A stretch of 64,000 nucleotides of DNA from Terriglobia bacterium. GTDB lineage: Bacteria > Acidobacteriota > Terriglobia > 20CM-2-55-15. Below are positions 30,115 through 40,103 of the stretch, piece after piece. The stretch spans positions 1,088,001 through 1,152,000 of the forward strand of contig CAXWPJ010000009.1 in the NCBI GenBank assembly GCA_963664115.2. Direction: 5' to 3'. Numbering within the stretch: position 1 is the stretch's first letter; every line of letters begins with the position of its first letter. The notes beneath the pieces are model-generated. The model was not told the origin of the DNA, did not search any database, and worked only from the letters and a program-made list of their open reading frames with translations. Position numbers and translations under genes: made by a program.

Positions 30115-30414
30115 ATGGAATCTGTCACACAACTTGGTCCCCTCGGTAAAGGGAGTATGGGAGAGGTCTACCGTGCCACCGACACCAGCCTAAATCGACA
30201 AGTCGCCATCAAGGTGCTCCCCACCGAATTCGCCCAGGACAGTGAACGTCTGGCCCGTTTCGAGCGCGAGGCGAAATCCCTGGCGACATTGCACCACCCG
30301 AACATCGCCCAGATATTCGGATTTGAGAAGTCCACGGGTGTCCATGCCCTCGTGATGGAGTTGGTGGAGGGACCGACGCTTGCCGACCGTATCACCCAGG
30401 GTGCCATCCCGGTT
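30115..30414 (+). pseudogene. Ser/Thr protein kinase, N-lobe only
   Basis: LGKGSMGEVY, VAIKVL, RFEREA, HPNIA, LVMELVEG; no HRD/DFG, downstream reading is unrelated. Confidence 0.9.
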
Positions 30415-30662
30415 CTAAACATCGCGCTCGGCATGCGCAAGCGTGAGGTGGCCCAACGACCAGCCTTTTGGTCGTCTGCATCGGGTTCGAACGAGCACCT
30501 TGAATTGTCGCGAGGACTAATGCGAAGGGATGATAGGATGCACTATGATCCCGATGGAGAGTATTTTCGAGCCGCTCACTGCCGACCAGCCAAGCAGCAG
30601 AATGATGACTGGGTTGGTAGTGCGCGGTTGTTATGTAACGTAAGATCACCACGGAGGAATGA

Positions 30663-31910
30663 GTGATGAAATTAATGCTCAAGAGTTCGAGGCTCCTCGC
30701 ACTCGGTGCCCTCGTTGGAGTCGTCTCGATTGCAGGGTGTGCCACGCAGGAGACCTCAGGAGAGGACGCCAGTACCGCGACCACCACGCAACAGGGCTTG
30801 GTCCATGACGGGCAGGAGCTATTCGGCCATTACTCCCAGCCCCAGCCGTTCCCGCAGGGTTTGCCCGACGACGACCATTCACACGACGGATGGACCTGGG
30901 GGTCCATGGCTGCGGTCTTCGCGGAGAGCTCGGACAGGATTTGGATCGCCATGAGGGGTGAGCTGCCCCTTTCGCCTGGCAACGAACCGTGGACTCCATA
31001 CGCTCTGATGGAGCCCTCTGTGGGGAATGCCTCGCCCAACGACGACAACGGGACGCGTGGATATGAGAGACGCTACCTGCATACCATGATCGCCGTGAAT
31101 TCCCAGGGAGAGCTGGTTGAGCACTGGCCACAACATGACCAGCTCTTCGACGTACGTGGAGGGCGCGGACCCCACAAGATCAAGATGAGTCCGTACGATC
31201 CCGCGAAGAACATCTGGGTCATCGACGACCTCCTACACCAGATCCACAAGTTCTCCTATGACGGCGAGCTGTTGCTCACGCACGGAGAGCAACTCGTACC
31301 CGGACGGGGGCCGAACAACTTCGCCCGCCCGACGGACATCGCGTGGCTGCCAGACGGAACCTACTTCATCAGTGATGGCTACGACGGAACCCGCGTCGCG
31401 AAGTTCGACGCCAACGACAACTTCATCATGGATTGGGGCCAAGCGCCCGTCGACCCCGCGAATCCGGGCCCCTACGAATTCGATACCGTCCATGCCATCA
31501 CAATCAGCCAAGAGAGGCTGCTCTACGTTTCGGACCGGGCGCACGCTCGAATCCAAGTATTCGACGAGAACGGGGAATTCCAGTTCATGTTCCCGACCGG
31601 CCCGCGGGGGCATTCCCTCCCCTACGCGATCGAGGTCCTGAGCGATCCCTCAGGAGAGGAATTCCTTTGGGTTGCGGATGGTGGGATTGGTCGAATGCTG
31701 AAATTCGATCTGCAGGGGAATTTCCTATACGCTTGGGGTATCCCGGGCGGAGAGGATGGCTACTTCAATGGGCCGCACTCAATCACGACCGACGAGAACG
31801 GCAACCTGTATATTGCCGAGGTATTCAACGGCCGGGTCCAGAAGTTCGAGCCCCTGCCGGGAGCCGACCCTGCGAAGATCTTGGGACAGCAACGGCGTGA
31901 GTTTAACTGA
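30663..31910 (+). CDS. NHL-repeat lipoprotein, peptidyl-alpha-hydroxyglycine lyase (PAL)-like
   Basis: Lipobox IAGC; F.RPTDIA, SDGY..RV.KF, VH.I, DR...RIQVFD, RVQKF. Confidence 0.85.
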   Translation: MMKLMLKSSRLLALGALVGVVSIAGCATQETSGEDASTATTTQQGLVHDGQELFGHYSQPQPFPQGLPDDDHSHDGWTWGSMAAVFAESSDRIWIAMRGELPLSPGNEPWTPYALMEPSVGNASPNDDNGTRGYERRYLHTMIAVNSQGELVEHWPQHDQLFDVRGGRGPHKIKMSPYDPAKNIWVIDDLLHQIHKFSYDGELLLTHGEQLVPGRGPNNFARPTDIAWLPDGTYFISDGYDGTRVAKFDANDNFIMDWGQAPVDPANPGPYEFDTVHAITISQERLLYVSDRAHARIQVFDENGEFQFMFPTGPRGHSLPYAIEVLSDPSGEEFLWVADGGIGRMLKFDLQGNFLYAWGIPGGEDGYFNGPHSITTDENGNLYIAEVFNGRVQKFEPLPGADPAKILGQQRREFN

Positions 31911-31925
31911 AGGCCGGATCAGCTA

Positions 31926-33076
31926 GTGTACCCCGCTCGAAGTAATGTAACTAAAATAGCTTTCCAACGTCCAATAGAGAATGAGGAAAGCACCGACCAT
32001 TGAATTGGATGACAAGCAGCGGATGGAGTTGGAGCGACTGAGTCGAAGCCGGAGTACATCGGTCCGGTTGGCGGAACGATCCCGAATTGTATTACTGGCC
32101 GCTGAAGGTCGGAACAATTATGAGATCGCCGCCCGCTTGGAGATCACGCGCCAGAAAGCGGGCCGCTGGCGCAATCGTTTTGTGGAACAGGGCTTGGCTG
32201 GGATCGAAAAGGATGCGCCGCGAAGCGGACGGATTCCCACGATCAGTCGCCGGAAGCGAGCCCGGATCGTCAAGAAGACACTGGAAGAGAAGCCCCCGAA
32301 CGCGACGCACTGGAGTCGGGCCTCGATGGCGAAGGCCGTTGGCGTGAGCGAGTCCACGGTCGGGAAAATCTGGCGGGTCCATGGACTGAAGCCTCATCTG
32401 TCACGAACCTTCAAACTATCCAACGACAAACGATTCGCCGAAAAGCTGGAGGATGTGGTCGGTCTGTATCTGAGCCCACCGGAAAACGCCATTGTCTTGT
32501 CCTGCGATGAGAAGAGCCAGATGCAGGCCCTGGACCGCACGCAACCCGGGTTACCTCTGAAGAAGGGGCGGTGTGGCACCATGACCCACGATTACAAACG
32601 TAACGGGACAACCACGCTTTTCGCCGCGCTCAACATCCTGGACGGTTCGGTCATCGGAACCTGCATGCCAAAGCATCGCCATCAGGAATGGATCCGGTTT
32701 CTGAATCAGATCAAACGCGCCATGCCGAAAGATAAGGAGATCCACATTATTTGCGACAACTATGCGACTCACAAACATCAGAAAGTCGTCAACTGGCTCA
32801 AGCGTAACAAGCGTTTTCATGTGCACTTCACGCCAACCAGTGCGTCGTGGCTCAACATGGTCGAGCGCTTTTTCCGGGATCTGTCCGAGCAACGACTCCG
32901 GCGTGGCGTTTTCCGCTCGGTCCCCGAGTTGATCCAGGCCGTGGAGGACTACCTCGCTCGTCACAATGAAGACCCGAAACCCTTCATCTGGACTGCAACG
33001 GCTTCCGACATCCTTGCTAAAGTCCAGCGCGGCCGGCGAAATCTTGATAAGTTACAGTCTGTTTAACGGGGACCAC
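31926..33076 (+). mobile_element. IS630-family element, apparently intact
   Basis: Flanked by CTAG (TA duplication); imperfect IRs GTGTACCCCGCT / AACGGGGACCAC. Confidence 0.9.
31981..33066 (+). CDS. IS630 transposase
   Basis: DEKSQMQAL, THDYKRNGT, ICDNYATH, SWLNMVERFF. Confidence 0.95.
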   Translation: MRKAPTIELDDKQRMELERLSRSRSTSVRLAERSRIVLLAAEGRNNYEIAARLEITRQKAGRWRNRFVEQGLAGIEKDAPRSGRIPTISRRKRARIVKKTLEEKPPNATHWSRASMAKAVGVSESTVGKIWRVHGLKPHLSRTFKLSNDKRFAEKLEDVVGLYLSPPENAIVLSCDEKSQMQALDRTQPGLPLKKGRCGTMTHDYKRNGTTTLFAALNILDGSVIGTCMPKHRHQEWIRFLNQIKRAMPKDKEIHIICDNYATHKHQKVVNWLKRNKRFHVHFTPTSASWLNMVERFFRDLSEQRLRRGVFRSVPELIQAVEDYLARHNEDPKPFIWTATASDILAKVQRGRRNLDKLQSV

Positions 33077-33082
33077 TAGGAG

Positions 33083-33124
33083 CAACGTGAGGGGTTCCGG
33101 ACAACCGGGGCTCCTCGCGTTGCA
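33083..33124. terminator. GC-rich hairpin after the NHL gene and IS630
   Basis: GCAACGTGAGGGGTTCCGG-ACAA-CCGGGGCTCCTCGCGTTGC. Confidence 0.5.
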
Positions 33125-33514
33125 TCATGGACCTATCTTCGGTCTTCGAAGGAATATGCAGTCCCCGATCGTTACCCGTCGCTCCTGCGACTGTAGCTGA
33201 AACAACGCCAGGGGCCTTCCCCCTCCGCGACCTGGCGCCTCACCATCTCAGTCTAGAATCCCATCGCACGTGCGAACGCTTTGCGAAGGCCTGTCGGGGA
33301 AAAGTGGCGTATTGTCAAGTTTAGGTGTTTGGTGGCGTTCTCGACACCCTTTGCCACCTCTGAGTCATCGATTCCTGGTCTCGGCCCCATCAGAATCCGT
33401 CCCCAAAACGGTTGGATTTGCTCAACCTGACACAGTACCGTTACGCCAGCCAATACCAGGGCGTTTGAATCGCCTACACTGCGGCTGGTGTGAGTCAGAA
33501 CCACCCGGCGGGCG

Positions 33515-33946
33515 TTAGTCTGTTTGGCCACGCTCTGCCAGCAATTTCTCATACCCCTCATCGTCGAGGTGAGTGACTGCGATCCAGGCATGGGACATTT
33601 CGTCGCCCGTGCGGCTACCGTCAAAAACCCACTGATCCGGGTCAGGATTGTTCGGGTTCTTGGCAGTATTGTCATACCACTGCTTGATCACCAGTACTGC
33701 ACCAGCGGGCAACAATGGAGACACAGCAGGATCGTAGATGTGGCTGTGGTGCCAAGTGGCGCTCCAGTTGGAAACCTGGCTGATCTGCTCAGTAAGGCCG
33801 GTCGACGGATAGAACACTTCCAGAGACGCCGCGTTCATACGCAGGTGACCGTGAGGCTGAAAGCTATCGATACGAACTGGATGGTCGAAAGAGTGGAGTC
33901 CTTGGGTCATGACATGGCCATGGGGAGGGATGACCAACTCACCATT
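33515..33946 (-). pseudogene. C-terminal remnant of a copper type II monooxygenase (PHM)-like protein
   Basis: FQPHGHLR, W...W...Y, YDNT.KNPNNPDP, GDEM motifs; fused in frame behind an IS110 fragment. Confidence 0.7.
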
Positions 33947-34472
33947 ATTGATCCGTGCGGTTCGGGTTCGCATCCACGTCGAACGGATTCGATGCAATGA
34001 GGTCAGTTGCTGTTGGGCCAGCGTCTTGATCGGGACCGGATGAATATCGCTGTCACGATAGGCTTCCAACAACCCCTTCACATCCGTACGGTCGGTCTTG
34101 TTGCGCCTGACGTAGGGCGTCACATACTGCGGCGAGATCAGAACGACCGTGTGTCCCAGTTCCCGTATTTGCCGACCCCAGTAATGGGCGGATCCGCAGG
34201 CTTCCATCACCACGGTCGCCAGCTCCTGGTTCGCAAAGAACCCCAGAAACTTTGCCCGACTTAAACGATAGGTTTTCTCTACATGACCGGGGCGATCTGA
34301 AACACCAATTTGGAAAACATTCTTTGCCAGATCCACTGCAATCGTCTTATCCTTCATCTCGGACTCCTTTTTGTTCACACGTACGCGTGTTTCGCCCGCT
34401 TTATTGCGAGGCCCAAAATGACTGTGGCACTTCGATGCCGATTCAGTCATCAAAGAGGAGTCCATACCATCA
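33947..34472 (-). mobile_element. Truncated IS110/IS1111-family element (left end and 137 aa of transposase)
   Basis: IAVDLAKNVFQ, VMEACGSAHYWGR, NKTDRTD; subterminal ATGGACTCCTC 7 nt from the end. Confidence 0.88.
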
Positions 34473-34774
34473 ATAAATCATCTTGTCGGACATTAGAGAA
34501 CCCTCGTATTTAGGCCTTTTCTCACTGTCCGACAATGTCGGTTCTCAGGACTTGAGAATTTGATAGCGCCCAACTGACTCCTCTAGTATCTTTTACCGAG
34601 TTTTTTACGGTTCTTTCGGCTACACACTTTAAACATAGAATCCGGCACGACGCTCGCCCACTAGGAGATCCTGTCGGTTCTCGGCAAAGGACGATGGGAG
34701 AAATGTGGCGTACGCAGATTAAGATGTTCGAGCGTGAGGTCGCGATCAAGACCCTACCTCGAGAGGTCGCCCGG
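34473..34774 (+). repeat. Half palindrome, inverted palindrome, promoter and decayed kinase 5' stub
   Basis: 34473-34500, 34519-34558; TTGATA-N18-TAGTAT; IESGTTLAH*EILSVLGKG/MGEMWR..REVAIKTLP from 34635. Confidence 0.85.
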
Positions 34775-34879
34775 GTTGTTGCCAATCGGGGCTGGATTTC
34801 AGGAGACGACGACGCGACAATGCTTATTCATTGGAAGGAGTCGGCGACAACGAAGACAGCCCCGTTTTGCCGCAACCGT

Positions 34880-35041
34880 TTGGGCGCAGGGGGGGGGCGC
34901 AGGATTTGTCCCTCGTCGGTCGCGATGCAAAGACAGCGCCAGCGGCCTCGGTTTCAGGCCTCGGTGCCCGCTCCTCACTTCGCGCCTGCAACCCGAAGGC
35001 CCCTGCGCGCGGTCCTCGAGACTTCTGCTACGGGCTGCTAG
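34880..35041. mobile_element. Possible MITE or IS-end relic
   Basis: Non-coding GC-rich stretch ending GACTTCTGCTACGGGCTGCTAG, resembling CTAG-targeting IS ends from recall only; partner end not seen. Confidence 0.3.
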
Positions 35042-35086
35042 GGTCCGAAATGCTCGAATGGTGAATTAGCCGGGAGGTAGCAGTTC

Positions 35087-36912
35087 ATGGGAAAGAAGCG
35101 AAAAGAGTCTATCGGCCGACGCAGTTTCCTGAAAGGTGCAGCGGGAGGCGGAGCGGCGCTTGTTGCGACTGCCCCCTAGCTGGCGCGCAGTCTGGGCCCG
35201 GCCCCACGTCGGCGGAGCCGCGTGAAGGGGACGCGACGGCAGGCGGCCGGCCGGGGTCCGACTTCATGATGGACGTCATAAAACCCCTCGGGTTTGAGTA
35301 CATGTCGATCAATCCCCATTCCAGCTCCCGTGGTCTACAGGAATCCATCATCAACTACAGTGGAAACCGCGATCCGGAACTGATCACCTGCCTCCACGAA
35401 GAGGCGGCCGTCGCCATGGCGCATGGATATTTCAAAATTGAAGGCAAACCGATGGCTGCGCTGATATACGGATCAGTCGGTTTGCAGCATGCCTCAATGG
35501 CGGTCTACAGCGCGTTTTGCGACCGCGTGCCGATTTACCTGATGATGGGCAACGAATTGGAGAATCCCAATTCAAGAAGCGTGCAGGATCCTGCGGCGAT
35601 GGTGCGCGACTTTACCAAATGGGACGATGCACCTGTCTCGCTCGATCAATTTGCCAATTCTGCGGTGCGCGCCTATGCCATCGCAATGACCCCGCCGACA
35701 ATGCCTGTTGTATTGTCGGTAGACGAGCGTTTGCAGGAAAATCGGATTCCCAGAGGCACCCGTTTGCGCGTCCCGAAGCTCACTCTGAATGCTCCGGCCC
35801 AGGGCGATGCCACCGCTGTGGCCGAGGTTGCGCGCCTGCTGGTCAACGCTGAGTTTCCGGTCTTGGCCGTCGAGCGCGCTGCGCGAACCGAAGCCGGTCT
35901 CAGCTATATCGTCGAATTGGCGGAACTCCTGCAGGCCGGGGTCGTGGACACGATCCAGCGCATGAATTTCCCCTCGCGCCATCCCCTCAGCCAGGACAGC
36001 GGTGTGTTTGGCAGTGCGGACGTCGTCCTGGCGCTTGAGCACCCGCGACTTTCGCGGTCGAGCCTGATGCAGGATGCAACGCTGCTCAGCATCAGCTCAC
36101 ATGACCTTTTCACGCGGAGCAACTACTGGGATTTCGGAAGCTACCAGGAAGCGGATGTGGCGATCGCAGCCGATGCGGAGGCCACGCTTCCACTCCTGAT
36201 CGAAGAGGTCAAGCGCCGGGTTACCGGCGATCGACAACGCGTGTTCGAAGCGCGTCGCGCGACGCTGGAGGATCGGTTCCAGCGTGCCCTCGAGCGAAAC
36301 CGGCGGCTCGCGGCCTCGGGCTGGAACGGCAGTCCGATCAGCACCGCCCGTGTCGCGGCCGAACTCTGGGCCCAGATCAAGAACAAGGACTGGTCCCTGG
36401 TTTCCCGAAGTGATGGAATGAACGAGTGGGCATGGAAGCTCTGGGATTTCCAGAAGTATCATCACCACATCGGTCAGTCCGGCTCGGTCGGCGTAGGCTA
36501 CAGCAACCCGGCTTCGGTGGGCGCCGCACTGGCAAACCGTAAGCACGGACGTCTGAGCATCAACCTGCAAAACGACGGCGACCTTATGTTTCTCCCCGGG
36601 ACCTTATGGACCGCTGCGCATCACAAGATTCCGATGTTGACCGTCATGCACAACAACCGGGCGTACAACCGGGAAGTGATGTGGGTCGCGCGCACGGCCG
36701 CCGAGCGGGAGCGCGACGTCACCCGATCCGACATCGGCAACTCCATTGACAATCCCAACATTGACTATGCCAAACTCGCCGAAAGCATGGGATGGTACGC
36801 CGAGGGTCCGATAGAAAATCCCGCGGACCTGGGACCGGCCATTCGCCGGGCCCTTGCGGTTGTCGAGCGGGGCGAGCCTGCGTTGCTGGACACGATCACG
36901 CAACCCATCTAG
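35087..36912 (+). CDS. ThDP-dependent enzyme with Tat signal, frameshifted after the signal peptide
   Basis: GRRSFLKG at start; 1 nt missing at C-run 35172-35176; CLHEEAAVAMAHGY, NDGD...HNN ThDP motif. Confidence 0.85.
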
Positions 36913-36921
36913 GAGGTTCCT

Positions 36922-37344
36922 GTGAGTCGTTTACTTATGGATCGCTGGTCGGTCAAACCGCCTTCCTGGGCCCTGGGCGTGGCGGTGCTGCTGCTTGTCG
37001 TCCCGGTGGGGTGGGTCGAGGCCGAGCAGTCGCCGGCCGCGGTTGACGCCGCGCCCGGAGGAAACGTCGAAGACGGAAAGCGGAGCCTGACGACCTATAC
37101 CTGCTCCTCCTGCCACGGTTATTCAGGCCACGGCGGGGTCGACGTAGGCGCTCCCCGCATCGCCACGACTTCAATGTCCCTTGCCGACTTTACGCAATAC
37201 GTGCGGCAGGCCAGCGGTTCTTCAATGCCTCGGTTTAGGGCCGAAATCTTACCCGACACGGTGCTGGCGGATATTTACGCTTTTCTGAAATCCATCCCAC
37301 CGCCACCCGATTCCAGGAGCATTCCTCTGCTGAATGATCTGTAA
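36922..37344 (+). CDS. Monoheme cytochrome c
   Basis: Signal peptide; CSSCHG; distal MP; AGGAGG RBS. Confidence 0.9.
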   Translation: MSRLLMDRWSVKPPSWALGVAVLLLVVPVGWVEAEQSPAAVDAAPGGNVEDGKRSLTTYTCSSCHGYSGHGGVDVGAPRIATTSMSLADFTQYVRQASGSSMPRFRAEILPDTVLADIYAFLKSIPPPPDSRSIPLLNDL

Positions 37345-37363
37345 CGAGGGCCTCAACTTTCCC

Positions 37364-37441
37364 GGGTCAAGTCCTCGCAAATCATCTTCTCGGACATTGA
37401 AACCCCATTTTCAGGGCCTTTTCTCAGTGTCCGACAATGTC
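37364..37441 (+). repeat. Palindrome doublet, second copy cut by IS30
   Basis: 37364-37402 full; 37421-37441 half. Confidence 0.85.
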
Positions 37442-37448
37442 ATTCGGA

Positions 37449-37925
37449 TCAACCGGTCGATGCAACACAAGCATTAAATGTTTCTGCCGGAGTTGCGAAC
37501 TCCAAGGTCTTGCGTGGCCGCTCGTTGAGCTGCCGTGCAACCGCGTCCAGATGCTCCTGTGAGTGTACTGAGAGATTCGTCCTTTTTGGGAAGTAGTATC
37601 GCAGCAGACCATTCGTGTTTTCATTCGATCCGCCTTGCCATGGACTCCGCGGGTCGCAAAAGTACACGGTAATGTCGGTGGCCAGAGTGAACCGTTTGTG
37701 CTCGGCCATCTCCGGACCGCGGTCCCGGGTCAGCGACCTGTAGAGTTCGGTTGGCAGCTTCTTCGCCTGTCGGATCAGTGCCGAAACGACTGTCTCTGTA
37801 ACGGACAGCTTCACCAACATGAGGTAAGACAAATGACGTTCGACCAGCGTTGCGATGTGGGTGTTCCTCGCCGATAGCAGATCCCCTTCCCAGTGTCCCG
37901 GTAGGGCCCGGCGATCGCGACCTAC
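37449..37925 (-). mobile_element. IS30-family transposase, C-terminal remnant
   Basis: PGHWEGDL, TLVER, DRG.EMA, PWQ.GSNENTNGLLR, LNERPRKTL, CVASTG*. Confidence 0.9.
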
Positions 37926-37942
37926 TTGGTCCCGAGATCGAA

Positions 37943-39469
37943 TCAGATGTATTGAGGCCGCGGCTGCTTGACCGGCGGGACCTGAAGCTCGGGCATCGGC
38001 TTTGCGGCAAAGATCCAACGGCACGGTTTCGCAATCAACTTCGCCCATCGGCGCCCGCGGCTGCGAGCGCTGTCGGTGGCGAGCCCCGTATTCGCGTACA
38101 TCTGGGGGAACAGTAAGGAGATCAGAATGTAGGCCAGTCGATCGCGCAGCTTGTTCGTGACCCGCGAGCGCTTCCACACGTTCGACAGGTTATAGAACTC
38201 TTTCCAAACCGCCTGCGTTTTCGTCCGGATCTCATACGGCGTCATCGTTGGATGCGGAATGTAGAGCTTGGGACGTTTGTTCGGTGGGATAAGCCAGAAC
38301 CGGTTCAGCGGGATCCCGTCCACCGTCTCTTTGGCCTGATCGATCTCGCTCTCCCACTTATTGAAATCGACTGTACCGGGAAACGGCGTCAGGGTAACGA
38401 ACTGAGCGAAATCGATCCCTGCCTTGGCAGCGAGATCGGCGGTCGCGTCGAACGTGTCGTCGCGATCCGTCGAAAGCCCAAAAATGAACGAGCCGAGGAT
38501 GTGGACGTCGTGGTCGACAAACTTGCGGAGCCGCTTGACGAGATCGTCTCCCGCGACGTTGAAATCCTTGAATACGGCCTTCAGACCTTCTTCCGTCACC
38601 GACTCGACGCCGACGAGAGCGCCTTTCACGTTCGCGCGTTTCATCGCATCGAGATACTCGTCATCGTCCGCGGCTTCCATCGTGATCTGCGTCAAAAAGA
38701 CCATGTCCTGCGGAAGCTCAGCGAGGCGATCCAAGAGCTCAAAACGCTCCGCACGGATAGCTTTTAACTCTTCCACGCGAGCGCCGGAACGACGCTCCTC
38801 GAGCTCGATGTCTTGCTGCGTGACCGGGTAAAAGTTGTCGTCGGCGAGAAGTATGAAACGAAATCCTTTCCGTCGCAGCTCGACGACCTCCTGGACAACG
38901 GCGTCCGAGGCGTGCTGTCGAGGCCTTTGGCCGTCGGTGCGCCAGACCGAGCAGAAGGAGCAATGTTTCGGGCAACCGCGCACGGTCTGCACCGAGGCGA
39001 TCATGTAGCTCTCTGACGGCATCAAATCCCACCGCGCAGGAAGGAAGGAGTCCCCTTCGATGCGGCCGCCGTCGTAGATCCGTTCCGGCTCGCCCTTTTC
39101 AATATCTTTGAGAACCTGACTCCAGATGTTGTCGCCGTCGCCCTTCACGACCGCGGTCGCGCCGCCATTCTCGAACGCTTCTTCCGGATAGAGCGTCACA
39201 TGCGAACCGCCGAAGACGACATGCGCACCACGCTCGCGCGCCTTTTGCCCGACCTCGTAGCCTCGCAGCGCGTTCAACGTGTGGATACCGATGCCCACGA
39301 CGTCGCCCGGCTGGATCTTGGAATAGTCCATCGGATCGAGCGTCTCATCTACGATAATCGGCGTTCCGAAACGAGCCGGTGTCGCGCACGCGATCACGTA
39401 GAGCCAGCGAGGAACGATGATACCGATACCGAAGGAGGTGTCGCTTGGGTTTATCAAATGTACGCTCAT
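37943..39469 (-). CDS. B12-binding domain radical SAM protein
   Basis: VVFGGSH.T, RGCPKHCSFC, DDNF, GVES, TPFPGT; start at MSVHLINP behind GGAG. Confidence 0.9.
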   Translation of the reverse strand: MSVHLINPSDTSFGIGIIVPRWLYVIACATPARFGTPIIVDETLDPMDYSKIQPGDVVGIGIHTLNALRGYEVGQKARERGAHVVFGGSHVTLYPEEAFENGGATAVVKGDGDNIWSQVLKDIEKGEPERIYDGGRIEGDSFLPARWDLMPSESYMIASVQTVRGCPKHCSFCSVWRTDGQRPRQHASDAVVQEVVELRRKGFRFILLADDNFYPVTQQDIELEERRSGARVEELKAIRAERFELLDRLAELPQDMVFLTQITMEAADDDEYLDAMKRANVKGALVGVESVTEEGLKAVFKDFNVAGDDLVKRLRKFVDHDVHILGSFIFGLSTDRDDTFDATADLAAKAGIDFAQFVTLTPFPGTVDFNKWESEIDQAKETVDGIPLNRFWLIPPNKRPKLYIPHPTMTPYEIRTKTQAVWKEFYNLSNVWKRSRVTNKLRDRLAYILISLLFPQMYANTGLATDSARSRGRRWAKLIAKPCRWIFAAKPMPELQVPPVKQPRPQYI

Positions 39470-39776
39470 GCCGTCTCCATAATGTAGCTTGAAAACCGGA
39501 CTGGGATCCAGCCAAGCAAAGCGGAGAATATAGGAGCACCGCTCCACTGTCAACGTCATGTGAGAGGGCAGGATCGGGCTCGATGAAAGACGAATAACAG
39601 ATCTAAGCCCCTCTCGCGCTGGACGAAGTTGATCCCATTCCACCCACGTCTCTTCCCAATGTCCCGATAGCACTTCGGGCACCCAACCTACAATCCAGTA
39701 GACTCATCATAATGTCCCTCTCCATCCATGTCGATGCTTACTCAGGCTATCGGGCTGTAGATGACCGTGAAAAATA

Positions 39777-39966
39777 TTCTCAAGTCCTGACAAATCATCT
39801 TCGCGGACATTGAAAATCGGCCTAAATACGAGCGTTGACCTTCTGATTGCTTACAACTCCCTCCCTTAGTATTCTTTACGGAGTTTCTCGCAGTTATTTC
39901 AGCGACACACTCTAAACATGGAATCCGGCACCAAACTGGGTCACTACGAAGTCCTCAGCCTCCTTA
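39777..39966 (+). repeat. Palindrome, promoter and kinase 5' stub
   Basis: Palindrome 39777-39816; MESGTKLGHYEVLSLL from 39918. Confidence 0.85.
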
Positions 39967-40103
39967 GGTTTGACCCTGCGGTTAGGAGTTGCGAACTGGC
40001 CTCCGGAGATAATCGTGCGCTGGAAAGGCTCAGCCGGAGGCAGATGGATCTATACTCACGAGCCGGAAGGGAGAAAACTAAATCCGGCTGAAAGGAAAGC
40101 ACC

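Noticed and set aside
30115-30666. Intact 183-aa protein kinase
   Set aside because: Similarity stops near residue 100; no catalytic loop or DFG
37449-38177. 242-aa IS30 transposase as listed in the ORF track
   Set aside because: The N-terminal part is an alternative frame of the radical SAM gene; only the C-terminal ~155 aa are IS30
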